Source: a virus. Taken from it: DNA of 64,000 nt. How positions within the stretch are numbered: position 1 is the first letter of the stretch; each line of letters starts with the position of its first letter. This document shows positions 48,501 to 57,428 of the stretch, in pieces. Below the pieces are notes generated by a model. It saw nothing but the letters and a program-made list of their open reading frames with translations, did not search any database and was not told where the DNA came from. Location of the stretch: the IMG/VR virus record IMGVR_UViG_3300036795_000108, positions 1-64,000 of that record. One strand, written 5' to 3'. The translations under genes and the position numbers were made by a program.

Positions 48501-50168
48501 GGTGACCGCACCCGCGCCGATCAGCAGCGCATGCAACGCCGTCCTGTTCTGCTTGAAGAAATCGATCGTGTCATGCGCCGCGCTCGCCGCGCCCTTCAAC
48601 GCCGGGATGATGTACTTCATCAGCGCCGCGCCCGTCGTCAACGCGCCACTCGCGAACTTCAGCAGCGTCGGCGCCATCTGCTCAGAGAACTGAAACTCAA
48701 GCCCCTGGGTTTGGAGTGACAGATTCTCCTGCTGCTTCTGCAGCTTCGCCGTGGCCGCGGCCGCCGGACCGCTCATCGTCAACCCGTAGGACTGAGCCTT
48801 CTTCGCAGCGCCATCGAACTCCTTCGAGCCACCCGCCAAGATCTCCGAGAGGGAACTGTAGGACCGGCCGAACAGCGTGCTCTCAATCGTCGTCTTCTCC
48901 GTACCCGCGCGCATCTTGTCGAGCTTGTCGCTCACAGTGTCAAACAGCGCGCCGGTGTTATGCGCGTCGGCCTGAACCGTCTTCTGAGAGATGCCGAGTT
49001 CCTGATACGCCTTCGAGGCAGTCAGCGTCGAGGATGTCGACTTATCCAGCAGGTCGCTGCTGATCGTCACCGCCGCCGTGCTGCCCGTCGGCAGCCGCGA
49101 CACGCGAGACTGGACGACACCCTCCAACGACGGCAGGTTCTGCGCGCCCTTCTTGAGCTGCTGATAGGTGATCCCCAGCCGGGCGAAATCCTGCTGCGCG
49201 GACTTCGTGCCATCCAACGCCGACTTCACCCGACCGCCCAGCTTCGACAATGCCGCCTTAGAAGACGAGTCGATCGTGCCCATCGACTTGCTCGACGCCA
49301 CCCCAAGATCACGCATCGCGGTCGTCAACTGCTCCGCAGACACCCCGCGCGACTGCGCGACCGCGATCCAAGACGCAGCCTGCTTCTGATCCAAGCCCGT
49401 GATCGCCGTAAGCTGCTGAGTCTCCTCGGTCAACTGCTTAGTGCTACTCAGCGCCGCCTTGATCCCCTCCGTCGAGATGAACCCAAGCGCCGCGCCAGCG
49501 ATGCCGCTGCCCGCATAGCCGACCACGCTCCGCGCGCGACCGCCGAGCCCCGCCGCGAGGCCGCGCTCAAGACCGTGGCCCTCCTCCTCCGCCTTAGACC
49601 CACCACGGCGCCCCGTACTCGTCGCCGACAAACCCACCGCCCGGCGCAGCCGGTTCCGTGCCTCGACCTGACGGTCGATCGCCGCGACCTCGTCATCCTG
49701 CTGCTTGACGATCACCGCACCCGCCTCCTGCGCCGTGATCTTCGTCTTCTCCATGATGTCGATGATCGACTGGTAGGACACATGCTGTTTACGCAGCGCC
49801 TCGATCACCTCCAACGTCGTCTTGGAGACCTGCGCACCCATCTCCGCCTGGGCCTTGTCGACCTTCATAGCCGCCGACGTCGCCAGCCTCTCGTTCTCCT
49901 GCCACGCCGCGCTGACCCTCGCTACCGCCACGCGGGTCTTCGCCGCAGAATCCGCGACCCTCGCCTGCGACGTCGAAACCGTCGTCGCTGCCTTAGTCGC
50001 CGCCGCGCCCTGGCCAGTCAACGCCGTCGCGGTCTGCTTGACGCTGTCGCGGAACTTCTGATCCAACGCGACCGCCTGCGTCAAACCCTGATCTGAGAAC
50101 GTCAGCGCATAGTCAGCCCGGACGACCGGGCCAGCAATCCCCCCCGCGCCCGGAGCGCCGATACTCAC
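42543..50168 (-). CDS. Tape measure protein with lytic domains
   Basis: 2541 aa, Ala/Gln-rich; AIAGAIGNAVQES...GLWQWT (tail lysozyme-like); LDCSATVS (NlpC-like). Confidence 0.92.
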   Translation of the reverse strand: MSIGAPGAGGIAGPVVRADYALTFSDQGLTQAVALDQKFRDSVKQTATALTGQGAAATKAATTVSTSQARVADSAAKTRVAVARVSAAWQENERLATSAAMKVDKAQAEMGAQVSKTTLEVIEALRKQHVSYQSIIDIMEKTKITAQEAGAVIVKQQDDEVAAIDRQVEARNRLRRAVGLSATSTGRRGGSKAEEEGHGLERGLAAGLGGRARSVVGYAGSGIAGAALGFISTEGIKAALSSTKQLTEETQQLTAITGLDQKQAASWIAVAQSRGVSAEQLTTAMRDLGVASSKSMGTIDSSSKAALSKLGGRVKSALDGTKSAQQDFARLGITYQQLKKGAQNLPSLEGVVQSRVSRLPTGSTAAVTISSDLLDKSTSSTLTASKAYQELGISQKTVQADAHNTGALFDTVSDKLDKMRAGTEKTTIESTLFGRSYSSLSEILAGGSKEFDGAAKKAQSYGLTMSGPAAAATAKLQKQQENLSLQTQGLEFQFSEQMAPTLLKFASGALTTGAALMKYIIPALKGAASAAHDTIDFFKQNRTALHALLIGAGAVTGLILLSKTLRGIGSAVRGAKSDWVVIQEALKGLRTPLASVNKLFTEQPSESEKAADAMKLQTTQIEAQTAALNKLIDQYGRLDAVEGASGAEGAVAGAEGDAAALGGGPPRLRLSGESAAAKTASNLEAGTAGVMGDATDADTLARSTQTAASSDGLLGALFGAEGAASMGTTLLSGGMAAGVGGLLGNMGGGAVGGLFGQQGKSWGKAIGTGAGIGAGIGSVVPVLGTGVGAAVGAGVGAAAKGIESLLNQPSAQDKQVAGLQNQIKQAASSGNVAALQKLSKQADDVASHFTKMGQTTTTVMGRFGAVTEKGPDFSKQIGQLQAMSSAASKAAGDLQGADVSKFTQQLSQIQLPDAKGMVTDWVAQFNNSAPSLRDAAGQAMLQLSAGLEAKGKLPAGAVSSMIASMEKQFPGLHNYLRKQGEDTASDLASSFRLQSAQKNLGTAVGNLETEFPSIRVIAKKTGGGMVSDLSAAMSQLKDVMSDGTAKQKQIASTQYGQLQTLTQNYFQQMTTAVTSQQQSQTKAIQSGSLSAMQDANQNWSQYAANVSKAMSSGVISVQQGNKLLTQELNATLKAFGSTKLIGQPTVATGGGQNKATIRGIAKNFGGWVPGDPYSDSTPILAAGNEFVMTGHGQQMMEHAAPGLLGAIASQQMPHFADGGFVDRIKAPVIEASGTIVREGQAALNTETKAANRMIAQLEGMRNGKAGASILGVSVKGPVSDQIAQSLHAGGWDKVAIAGAIGNAVQESSLHPAISGGGAAGLWQWTPGSKLFSYAQQHHVPWQAIPTQASLLTADIGRVGVSEMNSQRTPSAAALWLMNNFEKPGIPAAANRVAGAEAAFAQGYRGGGFIRRFQNGGALGDAITGVKQAQQSYTHHDKTSSSSASSKPTGLEGPVLIPGSTSTYEMYWGPGYQGAKSYTFNGRTYPVVSYQAYKAQEANYEAGKTSKTKHDEAARKAKTKRQEARRSISGLTWLSVGAAIDQHGLAAQAGGAANYHAGMSFSEYLEAGANKGLRPDLSGVLGVSATQTGMRYGSDLYFRKPGGGTHYAEGYKSDIGSGVKGNKSVKVGLHPALARAIGYSAGAVQVASKSGGSGERTVSHQVPRGPGISGDAFQQAMDYAIAGSGLSTGQLLREAIQGAQLETVTKTISENARSGGVGVGVRGSTPAASKLGALRASMYREANRINGLPYVKAGGSADGRPPNAASRALDCSATVSDLINVGGRGVLPPVASPWTTSQTATYGVPGDGKYITVGTRPAGYQGQAAHTMMHFFQKYMESSYPGKGPHFDSNWSESFPIRRHPAGFRGGGFVAAGTRMANGQTQWDTGSWGKGQPGYREPSSPKLRAMGYRTGGPVRRTSGTGLLSGNRYLTGLPKQQRSQFAITPANFQMPTSTSGTQSLAAVVQSMETTIVTLGINATRQAVAQTTEQVQTALKGLAAGGKNRNIAKAMTSLSAALNSAGTISYGRLLATRQQIQSEITLLQKGKESASDKQEVDRLQQALKLTSAAMGARVGAIVMAAQNETQAVQNGQTALTNLMNRKDISAESAKGTKMLEGYADASVKTMRDVVSKLETAYKAAVKAGDKSSAKELKGQLQTAMQGLDTALGNAAQARVTALETAAQQAADTATHGATMAAGATSMLQTQLQGTAALGGRTTADQTVAGGQALAASYQQQAGAIQGQIAALTSQEATAQKVGDQPLAQQIAESIQSAQGDYQQALLSATEAIKAGVEGQAQALTDMAQHGVNMASGATSNLQQQLQGLGGAQDLTQTVAGGQQLAASYQNQASQQAGLISALQSQQQAALSVGDQTLADQIAESIQGAQGTYQQDSLEALQAIRTGVEGQAQTALDAATHASTMAATGEQTIQLQQQLANTQNTPGAEAQYADYINQTVIPALQAQLVALQNQQKAAESVGDTDLATQIAEAIGGQQNDILSAQLDAQQAIQANTQSTAENTSALSGQLGVSFESDTYTDLAGLLNGT

Positions 50169-50832
50169 AACCCAACGCCCTTCTGCAAGCTCACGCCCGC
50201 CTGCACCTTCGCGAGCGTGATCCGCAACTCGCGCTCACCCTCGACGATGCGGCCCAGTTCCTTCGCGAGCTTGGCTGTCTCCAACGGGCCCATCTCCTCA
50301 AACTCCGCGTAGCTCATCCCGCCGTAGAACGCCAGGAACGCCGCTAGGGCGTAGTGGACTCGGTCGAAGTCGTCGTCGACGGGGGCGACGTAGGGTCCTC
50401 ATTGGACAGCACGTAGTTCATCAGCCCCTCGATATCACGGGCGTCGATGTCCTCCGCGAGATGCTTGAGCAGCGCCGCCTCAACGACCGGCTGCTGATTG
50501 TCGTCGACGAGCATGATCGAAAGCTGCTTGGCCAACGACGCGTTGTTGACCTCCGCGACCTCATCCGAACCCTCGCCGGCCTCGCGGGCCAGCCGCTTGG
50601 CCTCCTCCTCCTCCACGCCGTTCTCAATCGCCTCGTCATACGCGTCCCGGTAGTCCTGGGACTCCATTCCGACCCGCCGGCCGTCCGCCGCCGCCTGACG
50701 GCTGAGTGCCCGGACCTTGCGCATCTTCGCGTTCGTCAAACGCGCCGGGTGATACGTCTGCTCTCCGAGGACGACCGGGCCGCTCTCGCGCTCTGAGGCT
50801 CGCTGGTTGGCGTCGAATCCTGTTCGTGACAT
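50165..50832 (-). CDS. Tail assembly chaperone pair (short 50344-50832; long form via -1 frameshift to 50165)
   Basis: Frame 0 ends ...NEDPTSPPSTTTSTESTTP*; -1 frame PYVAPVDDDFDRVHYALAAFLAFYGGMSYAEF...GVGL* abuts the tape measure start. Confidence 0.75.
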
Positions 50833-51142
50833 GTGTCGCTGCTCCTATCCGCCAGATCGGCGGTATGGGTGTCCGTCGTGGAGATCACAAAGACCTCAAC
50901 GACTCGGGATCGCCCAGCTTCCCTCCTGGCCTGGGCGACGATGTCAAGGACATCCGCGGCGTAATCCGCCTCGACGTCCCCGGCGGCGATCCGCACATAG
51001 CCGATCGCGTCCTCGGCCGCGTCCTGCAGCCGATCCAGCTCAGCCAGCACCCGAACCAGCGGCCGCAGCGAAGCCAAGGCATCCTTCGCCTTGCGCTTGA
51101 CCGCGAGCCGCTTCGCCCGGATGTTCGGCCGATCCGACATGG

Positions 51143-51298
51143 TCAGTACCAGCGTCGACCGCCGACCGCATGGCCGACCGCGCCGAGCGCGAACAGCACC
51201 AGCCCGACCACCAGCACGATGATCCCGATCGTGAACAGCACCGCGACCTTCGGGATCAGCAGGCCCAGCACGATGAGGATGACGCCCAGAACGATCAT
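51143..51298 (-). CDS. DUF6131-like small membrane protein (not in ORF track)
   Basis: MIVLGVILIVLGLLIPKVAVLFTIGIIVLVVGLVLFALGAVGHAVGGRRWY. Confidence 0.75.
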   Translation of the reverse strand: MIVLGVILIVLGLLIPKVAVLFTIGIIVLVVGLVLFALGAVGHAVGGRRWY

Positions 51299-51302
51299 CG
51301 CG

Positions 51303-51701
51303 TCAGAACTCGGTGCGGACCTGATGGTCGATGTTCCACGTGATCGACGGGGAGGTCCCCGCGATCGTCGCGACCCACCGGCACTTCACGCCCAGCCCGA
51401 CGAACGTCATCTGCGCCGAGCCGTCCGCGGTGATCGCCCCGAACGCCCCGTTGGGGACATCCGTCCATGTGGTGCCGTCCATCGAGTTCTGCAGCTTGAC
51501 GGTGATCGACGCGCCCGAACCCGAGATCGCGGTCACGTTGACCTGCGCGTCGAGCTGGTAGGCGTCCTCGGTCGCGAACGCCGACCCGGTGAATGTCGCC
51601 GTGCTCGTCTTCGAGGCGATGTCCGCGCCGGCCAGCTTGCGGGTCGGACGGTACCGACGATCAAGGCTCGCGCCCGCCGTCGCCCTTGATGCCACTGTCA
51701 T
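51303..51701 (-). CDS. Small beta-rich virion protein
   Basis: AAAAGGAG RBS; LQNSMDGTTWTDV; follows the major tail gene. Confidence 0.65.
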   Translation of the reverse strand: MTVASRATAGASLDRRYRPTRKLAGADIASKTSTATFTGSAFATEDAYQLDAQVNVTAISGSGASITVKLQNSMDGTTWTDVPNGAFGAITADGSAQMTFVGLGVKCRWVATIAGTSPSITWNIDHQVRTEF

Positions 51702-51723
51702 CTGATTCTCCTTTTGACGCGAC

Positions 51724-52803
51724 CTAGATCAGTGCCGTCGAGATGCCGTTGATGGACTGGAACTGGACGTCGGCGTCGTCATACGGCGAGTAGTAGCCGC
51801 CGAAGTTCACCGCGTAGGTGATGTCGCCGTTGGCCTGCAGGTCGCCCGGGCCCGCCGAGTCTGCGGTCAACTCAACCGCGTTGATCGTGACCTGCACCGC
51901 CTCATACTGCGGCCCGGTCGAACCCGAGATCGCACCCCCGACGAAGTTGAAGGCGAACTTCTGGACCTGCGCGAAGTCCAGCGCGACGTCCTGCGCGCTG
52001 TTGACATTGCCGAACGTCAAGGTGCCCGTGATGTCAAGCTGAGCCCCGAGCTTGTACTGCGACGGGAACCACAGCTTCCGGGTCAGCGGCGACGCGCCCA
52101 ACGTCTGAGCGACGATGTTGTGCCCCGCATACCACTTCCGGGTGATGTTGTTGTTGAACGTCAGATCGACGCCCTGCAGATCCGGGATCGTCGTCGAAGA
52201 CCCATCGATATACGCCGAAGCGTCGCGCAGCAGCAGGATCTGATCGACGTCGGTGTAGGTCGGCGTCGGCATGTCCGTCGCATACGGCCCGTAGTACAGG
52301 CCCTGGATCTCCGCCGAAAGCGTCCCCTCGCTGTCCAGTGGGAAGCTCGCCGTCAGCGAGTTCACGAACCCGCCCGACATCTTCTGGTTCAGGTCGTCGC
52401 GAACGAGCTGGCAGTGCATCGACGGAAGCTGTGTCGCCCCGAAACCCAGCTCCGTGAACGAGTGGGTGTACCCGGTGTCCGCGGACCCCGTGACGGTGTC
52501 CGTTGCGCCGAGCAGCTTGCGCATCAGCTTCTCCCACACCGACCGGTACGCCGGCACGGGGATCGTCATCGTGGGGCCGGCCATCAACGGGTCGGGGGTC
52601 GCGATCGAACGCCGCCCCCGGACCTCGTTCGACTTGTCGATCCGAGTCAGGCCACGATCCAGCGACCCGCCGGTGACCGGCCAGAACACGGTCGCGTCCG
52701 GCACGGTGCCGTCCGTGAGGTTCTCGTATGAGGTCCCGCCGATGACGTCGTCCGTGATACCGAACAGGCGGCGAATTGCGGGACTCGGATAGGTGACGGG
52801 CAC
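51724..52803 (-). CDS. Major tail tube protein
   Basis: Size, composition and position before chaperones and tape measure. Confidence 0.75.
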   Translation of the reverse strand: MPVTYPSPAIRRLFGITDDVIGGTSYENLTDGTVPDATVFWPVTGGSLDRGLTRIDKSNEVRGRRSIATPDPLMAGPTMTIPVPAYRSVWEKLMRKLLGATDTVTGSADTGYTHSFTELGFGATQLPSMHCQLVRDDLNQKMSGGFVNSLTASFPLDSEGTLSAEIQGLYYGPYATDMPTPTYTDVDQILLLRDASAYIDGSSTTIPDLQGVDLTFNNNITRKWYAGHNIVAQTLGASPLTRKLWFPSQYKLGAQLDITGTLTFGNVNSAQDVALDFAQVQKFAFNFVGGAISGSTGPQYEAVQVTINAVELTADSAGPGDLQANGDITYAVNFGGYYSPYDDADVQFQSINGISTALI

Positions 52804-52806
52804 TGG

Positions 52807-53232
52807 CTATCGCTCCTTGGGCTTGTCGATGGGCTGCGGCAGGACGGTCGTCTCAGACGGCGGGAAGTCCTCCGCTGTCCTCGCGGTCTGATCGGCCTCC
52901 CAGAACGCCGCGTCACGCGCCGCCGCCTTGGAGGCGATCTCCTCGATCGTCGGGCCGCGAGGGAAGCCGCCCGCGGCGATGGTCAGCGCCTCCTCGTCGA
53001 TCTCCTTGACCGAACGGCAAGCGAGGCCACGCGCATCCGCGAACCGCTTCGCGGCCGCCGTGAGTTGACTGCCCGACAGCGGGTCGCCGTTGTCGTCCTG
53101 CAGCTCCGGTATCCGCTGCGCGGCCCGCTCGACGGGGATCCCGCCCTTGCCGGAGCCACCGATGACGCCGACGCCGGCCAGCTCGACGCTATACGGCGCG
53201 TCGTCATTGGTGACGAAGATGGTCGGTGACAT
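52807..53232 (-). CDS. Hypothetical virion-region protein
   Basis: CAGGAGG RBS. Confidence 0.6.
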   Translation of the reverse strand: MSPTIFVTNDDAPYSVELAGVGVIGGSGKGGIPVERAAQRIPELQDDNGDPLSGSQLTAAAKRFADARGLACRSVKEIDEEALTIAAGGFPRGPTIEEIASKAAARDAAFWEADQTARTAEDFPPSETTVLPQPIDKPKER

Positions 53233-53265
53233 GAGTGGTTGGTGCCTCCTGGGTCGATGGGTGGG

Positions 53266-53775
53266 CTACTGGACCTGCCGGTCCGAAATGAAGGTCTGGA
53301 TGAACTCGATCCCGCTCACGGTGCTCGAACCGAAGCTGTCCATGAACGAGTTCAGCGACGTGCGCATCGCCCACGTGATCGCGCCCTGGATCGCGGGGGG
53401 CTGACCGCTGCCGCTCCAGAAGTTCGCGTCCACCAAGGCCCGGTAGGCGTCCGCGTACATCTCGACCGCCGACATCAACTGGTCGCTGTCAGACGGCCCC
53501 TGCCCGATCCGCGATGAGATCACGAACGTGTCGCGCCGGCGGATCAGGTCCATCTGCTGCGACGTGCTCGGCAGCAGCGTGTTCCACAGGCACGGCGGGT
53601 CGGGCGTGTCAGGCCGCCAGCGGTACGTACGCAACGTCACGTCGCCCGGAAGGTCCGCGAGCGCCGGCAAGCCCGGCAGGAGCGCCTGGAGAGCCGTCAG
53701 ACGGTCCATGAGCGCCGTCAGCGACCCCGGGGAGCCGATCGGGACGTCGGTGATGAAGTCGATCGTGGCGCTCAC
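53266..53775 (-). CDS. Putative tail terminator
   Basis: Synteny and size only. Confidence 0.5.
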   Translation of the reverse strand: MSATIDFITDVPIGSPGSLTALMDRLTALQALLPGLPALADLPGDVTLRTYRWRPDTPDPPCLWNTLLPSTSQQMDLIRRRDTFVISSRIGQGPSDSDQLMSAVEMYADAYRALVDANFWSGSGQPPAIQGAITWAMRTSLNSFMDSFGSSTVSGIEFIQTFISDRQVQ

Positions 53776-54329
53776 AGCGATGTCCTGTACTCGATCTGCT
53801 GCACCTTGCGGGCCCGGCCGAGCAGGCCCTGAGCAACCTCGGGGATCTTCGCCAACTCCTGCTGCCAGCGATCCATCGTCCCGTCAACCGCGCGCTGGAC
53901 GAAATGCTGCGCCGGGGTGCCCCTGATGCTCCGCGCGAACACATACCGGGCGTTCGCGCCCGCGTTGCCCTTGCGCTGGCGACCCGCCAACGTGAAGCTC
54001 GCGTTGCCGGGCTCCGGGAAACGAAATGCCTTCGCGCGCGTCGGATAGATCCGGCTGCGTCGCGGCCCGTAGATGCCGGTCCCCTGGTCGACGTAGATGC
54101 CGTAGAAGGCCGAGGTGCCGACCTGCCCCTGGATCGTGTTGTCACCCACCGTCCGCACGATGTGCGTCATCCGGCGCCGCAGGTCACCCGTCCGCGACGG
54201 CGCGAGCGTCCGCATCGAATCCTCGACGTACTGCATCGCGGACTCCATCTGCAAGCGGGCCGCCTCAAAGTACGCGTCGCGGACCGCCTGCGGCGTCTGG
54301 TTGCTCAGGTCAAGGACGACGGACGGCAT
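53772..54329 (-). CDS. HK97 gp10-like tail completion protein
   Basis: APSRTGDLRR...YGIYVDQGTG...GTPAQHFVQRA. Confidence 0.8.
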   Translation of the reverse strand: MPSVVLDLSNQTPQAVRDAYFEAARLQMESAMQYVEDSMRTLAPSRTGDLRRRMTHIVRTVGDNTIQGQVGTSAFYGIYVDQGTGIYGPRRSRIYPTRAKAFRFPEPGNASFTLAGRQRKGNAGANARYVFARSIRGTPAQHFVQRAVDGTMDRWQQELAKIPEVAQGLLGRARKVQQIEYRTSL

Positions 54330-54330
54330 C

Positions 54331-55374
54331 TCAAATGAACGCGCCGTTGGGCACGATGTACGTGCTCAACGCCGCCTGGGTTGAGGAAGGCAGCGTCTTG
54401 AAGAACTGCCAGATCACGCCGTCCGCGGTGATCATCTGATCGCTGAACGCGGCGTTGCGCTCCATGTAGAGCCGGCCCGCGACCTGATAGACGGCATCGA
54501 CCACGTCCGGGGGCGGCACGAGCCATCCCCACCGACCGACGATCTGCAGGTCCTGGGTCATCCACGGCCCGTAGCCGAGCATCACCCCGAACGCCGCAGC
54601 GTCCGGCAGGAACGGGATCAACTCGATGCTGGTGACCGGCTCGGCGTCCGCGTCACCCAACCCGAACTGCCCATCCGGCCCATAGCCGCCATAGCCGAGG
54701 TCGTACTGGTTGGCCTGAAGGCGCTGGCCACGCAGGCTCAGGCCCTGAAACTGCGGCATCCGCGGATCCGGCGCCGAATCGATGACCCGCAGGTCAGGGA
54801 CGCGCACCGTCGTCTTGCCGCGCGTCGAGAACGCTTTGAGCACCGGCGGCGCCGAGTCAAACCCACAGTCGGTCACCACCACCGCAGCGGAAACCCCGAG
54901 CGCGCCCGCGTCCGTGGTGACCGCCGGCTGAACACCCACCAGCGACCCGCCGAACGTGATCGACACCGAATAGGTCGGCAGCGGGCCGCCGGACACCAGC
55001 ACCTCGCCGGCGCCCAAACCCCATGCGCCGTCCAGCGCCGTCTGGATCTCCGCTGCCGTCCAGTCCGCGTCGATCTCCGCCGTCTCACCATCAAACGTCA
55101 ACGGGAACGAGCCCGACACGGCCGCGATCGGCTGGACTGACATGATGCTGACGAGCCTGCGCTGAAAGCCCGTATCAGGGTCATCCAACGCAGGCTCGGG
55201 AGCGAAACGCCTACGGGTGAAACGCTCCACGAACCGCTCCGCCGCGCACAACTTCGACGTCAGGACGGTCAGCTTCAGCGTCGAGTTCGCCTCAACGTTG
55301 ATCTGGTCCTGCGCGATCAGCACATCCGAGAATCTCGGCTGCGCCGGCGCGGGGATATTCACGGTCACGGACAC
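54331..55374 (-). CDS. Head-tail adaptor with inserted domain
   Basis: AAERFVERFTRRRF and GRWGWLVPPPDVVDAVYQVAGRLY flank a GSFPLTFDG...IQTALD...VSGGPLP...ITFGG module. Confidence 0.7.
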   Translation of the reverse strand: MSVTVNIPAPAQPRFSDVLIAQDQINVEANSTLKLTVLTSKLCAAERFVERFTRRRFAPEPALDDPDTGFQRRLVSIMSVQPIAAVSGSFPLTFDGETAEIDADWTAAEIQTALDGAWGLGAGEVLVSGGPLPTYSVSITFGGSLVGVQPAVTTDAGALGVSAAVVVTDCGFDSAPPVLKAFSTRGKTTVRVPDLRVIDSAPDPRMPQFQGLSLRGQRLQANQYDLGYGGYGPDGQFGLGDADAEPVTSIELIPFLPDAAAFGVMLGYGPWMTQDLQIVGRWGWLVPPPDVVDAVYQVAGRLYMERNAAFSDQMITADGVIWQFFKTLPSSTQAALSTYIVPNGAFI

Positions 55375-55399
55375 GAGCTAACCCGAACGGCGAGGACGG

Positions 55400-55798
55400 T
55401 CAGTCCTTGCTCTTGGCCGAGGACTTCGCGCGTGACGCCGCCGCCTCGACCCCTCCCTCCTCGGCGGGATTCTCCTTCGCGGCCGCCTTGGCCTTGGCGC
55501 CTGTCGCCTGCTTGGCGGACTCGTCATGCGTCGCGTCGATGTCGCGCTCCTTCTCCTCCGACATCGAATCCGCGAGCGCGCGATCCTGCGGATGGGTGAG
55601 CGGATCGCCACGCAGATCCGCGTCCGCGACCTCGACCTCGCGACGCTGCGGGTTCGGCGGACCGGTCTGCCCGACCAGATCCACCGGCTCGCCCACGCCC
55701 TCCTTGATGATCTTCTCGATCGTGACCGTGTCACCGTCGGGAATGTCGAACGGCTGGCCCTCCACGAACCGGCCCTTGCCAGTGCCCTTGAACTGCAT
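55400..55798 (-). CDS. Hypothetical protein downstream of capsid
   Basis: AAAGGAG RBS before MQFKGTG. Confidence 0.6.
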   Translation of the reverse strand: MQFKGTGKGRFVEGQPFDIPDGDTVTIEKIIKEGVGEPVDLVGQTGPPNPQRREVEVADADLRGDPLTHPQDRALADSMSEEKERDIDATHDESAKQATGAKAKAAAKENPAEEGGVEAAASRAKSSAKSKD

Positions 55799-55832
55799 CA
55801 GAAATGCTCCTTTCGGTGCCGCTCTCTCCGGC

Positions 55833-57428
55833 TTAGGAGACGAGCACGCCCTCCTGCTGGATGATCTGGCTGGGGTACAGCGAGTTGATGTCGTGACGCA
55901 GCGTCGACTTGAACAGCGTCTGGTTGTTCTGGAACGACGAGACCCAGGTCGTGCCGCCATCCGGCGTGTAGGACGCGTCGGTGGACACCTCGACGACCAT
56001 CTCCTGGTTCAGGCCGACGACCAACTGGGCCATGTCGACCAGCAGCAGCCACGTCGCGTTGTTCGACGAACCCTGCGTCAGGTTCGTCGGGATCTGCTGG
56101 GAGCAGTAGAACGGGACGCTGTCCAGCACGCCCGAGATCCCGACGCCCGCGCCGGTGATCGCACCCGAAGCCGACGGGTCGACCTGATTCTCGGTGTAGC
56201 GCAGCAGCGACGTGTCCGCGAGGAACCGCCCGAGCGAGTCGGTCAGACCCTCGACGTAGGTCAGGAACATCGGATTGAAGAACCACGTCCACCGCGGGTT
56301 GGGCACGTTGAAGCGCCGCACGTAGTTGCGGATCGCGCGGAGCTGAGGCAACGTCGGCTGGAAGCCGTCCGTCGCCGGCGTGATCGGGTTGGTGACGATC
56401 CCCGAGATGTTCACGATGCCCGTCGGGGAGCCCGTCTCCGTGCCCGGATCGCCCATCAGGAAGTTCTTGTCCTCCTTCAGAGCGATGACCGTCGCGAGAT
56501 CCTGCCGGATCGCCATCTCGGCGTCGGTCTGCACCTGGTTGGGCACGTCGGTACGCCGACTGTCGTTCAGCAGGTAGGTCGAGACGGGAACCAGACCGGT
56601 GAGGTTCTTCGGGGTCAGCAGCGTAACCTGAGCGAACGTCTCCTGCGACGGAGTGATCGCCGCGTTCTCCGGCGTGTAGTACGCCGTCGCGCCCGTGGAA
56701 AGCTGCACCTGATTCATCTGCGCCGAGAACGGCACGATCCGCGGACCCGCGCGACGCACGACCGTCACCCCGCGGAACAGCGGCAGAATGTCAGGCATCC
56801 AGTCCGCCGGGATCAGATAGCCACCCGCCGAGCCGGTGCCCTCCGCCAGCGCCTTCTGCTCCATCATGAACTGCCGCTCGGCATCCGACGCGAAACCCTT
56901 CGCCATCGCGTCCATCGCCGAGAAGAACCGCATGAACGACTTGGCCTCCTTCAGCGCCTTCACGCCGACATGCGCGCCCGCGGACGCCGCCTCCAAGCCG
57001 CTACCGGCAAGGATCAGCCCGCCCTGCTGGGTTGAGCCGCCACCCGCGAGATGCTTGATGACATCGTCGCTGGCGCCATCACCCGCGAAGCGGTTGCCGC
57101 CGTGCTGCTTGAGCGTCTCAACGGCCGTCGAAACCGTCTGAGCCTGCCGAGCGAGCGTGTCGCCGGCCTGCTTCAGCGTGGCCTCGCGTGCGTCCAACTC
57201 CGCAATGCGATCCTCAAGCGACTTCTCGCCGGTCGTCGCGGCCGCCGGGGCGCCGTTGCCGTCTCCCTCACCATCACCGTCTCCGGCGGACGGCTTGATG
57301 CCCTTGACCTGGGTCTCCAGGGTGCTCAGCAACTCCGCGAGATCCGGCCCGTCATCGGCGCCCACAATCGGCGCGAAGCGAGCCCGGAACTCCTCGGGGC
57401 TGAGATCTCGAATGCGGGTCGTATGCAC
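55833..57428 (-). CDS. Major capsid protein (HK97 fold) with N-terminal scaffold-like domain
   Basis: KALAEGTGSAGGYLIP...PKNLTGLVPVSTYLLND...FQNNQTLFK; AAAGGAG RBS. Confidence 0.92.
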   Translation of the reverse strand: MHTTRIRDLSPEEFRARFAPIVGADDGPDLAELLSTLETQVKGIKPSAGDGDGEGDGNGAPAAATTGEKSLEDRIAELDAREATLKQAGDTLARQAQTVSTAVETLKQHGGNRFAGDGASDDVIKHLAGGGSTQQGGLILAGSGLEAASAGAHVGVKALKEAKSFMRFFSAMDAMAKGFASDAERQFMMEQKALAEGTGSAGGYLIPADWMPDILPLFRGVTVVRRAGPRIVPFSAQMNQVQLSTGATAYYTPENAAITPSQETFAQVTLLTPKNLTGLVPVSTYLLNDSRRTDVPNQVQTDAEMAIRQDLATVIALKEDKNFLMGDPGTETGSPTGIVNISGIVTNPITPATDGFQPTLPQLRAIRNYVRRFNVPNPRWTWFFNPMFLTYVEGLTDSLGRFLADTSLLRYTENQVDPSASGAITGAGVGISGVLDSVPFYCSQQIPTNLTQGSSNNATWLLLVDMAQLVVGLNQEMVVEVSTDASYTPDGGTTWVSSFQNNQTLFKSTLRHDINSLYPSQIIQQEGVLVS

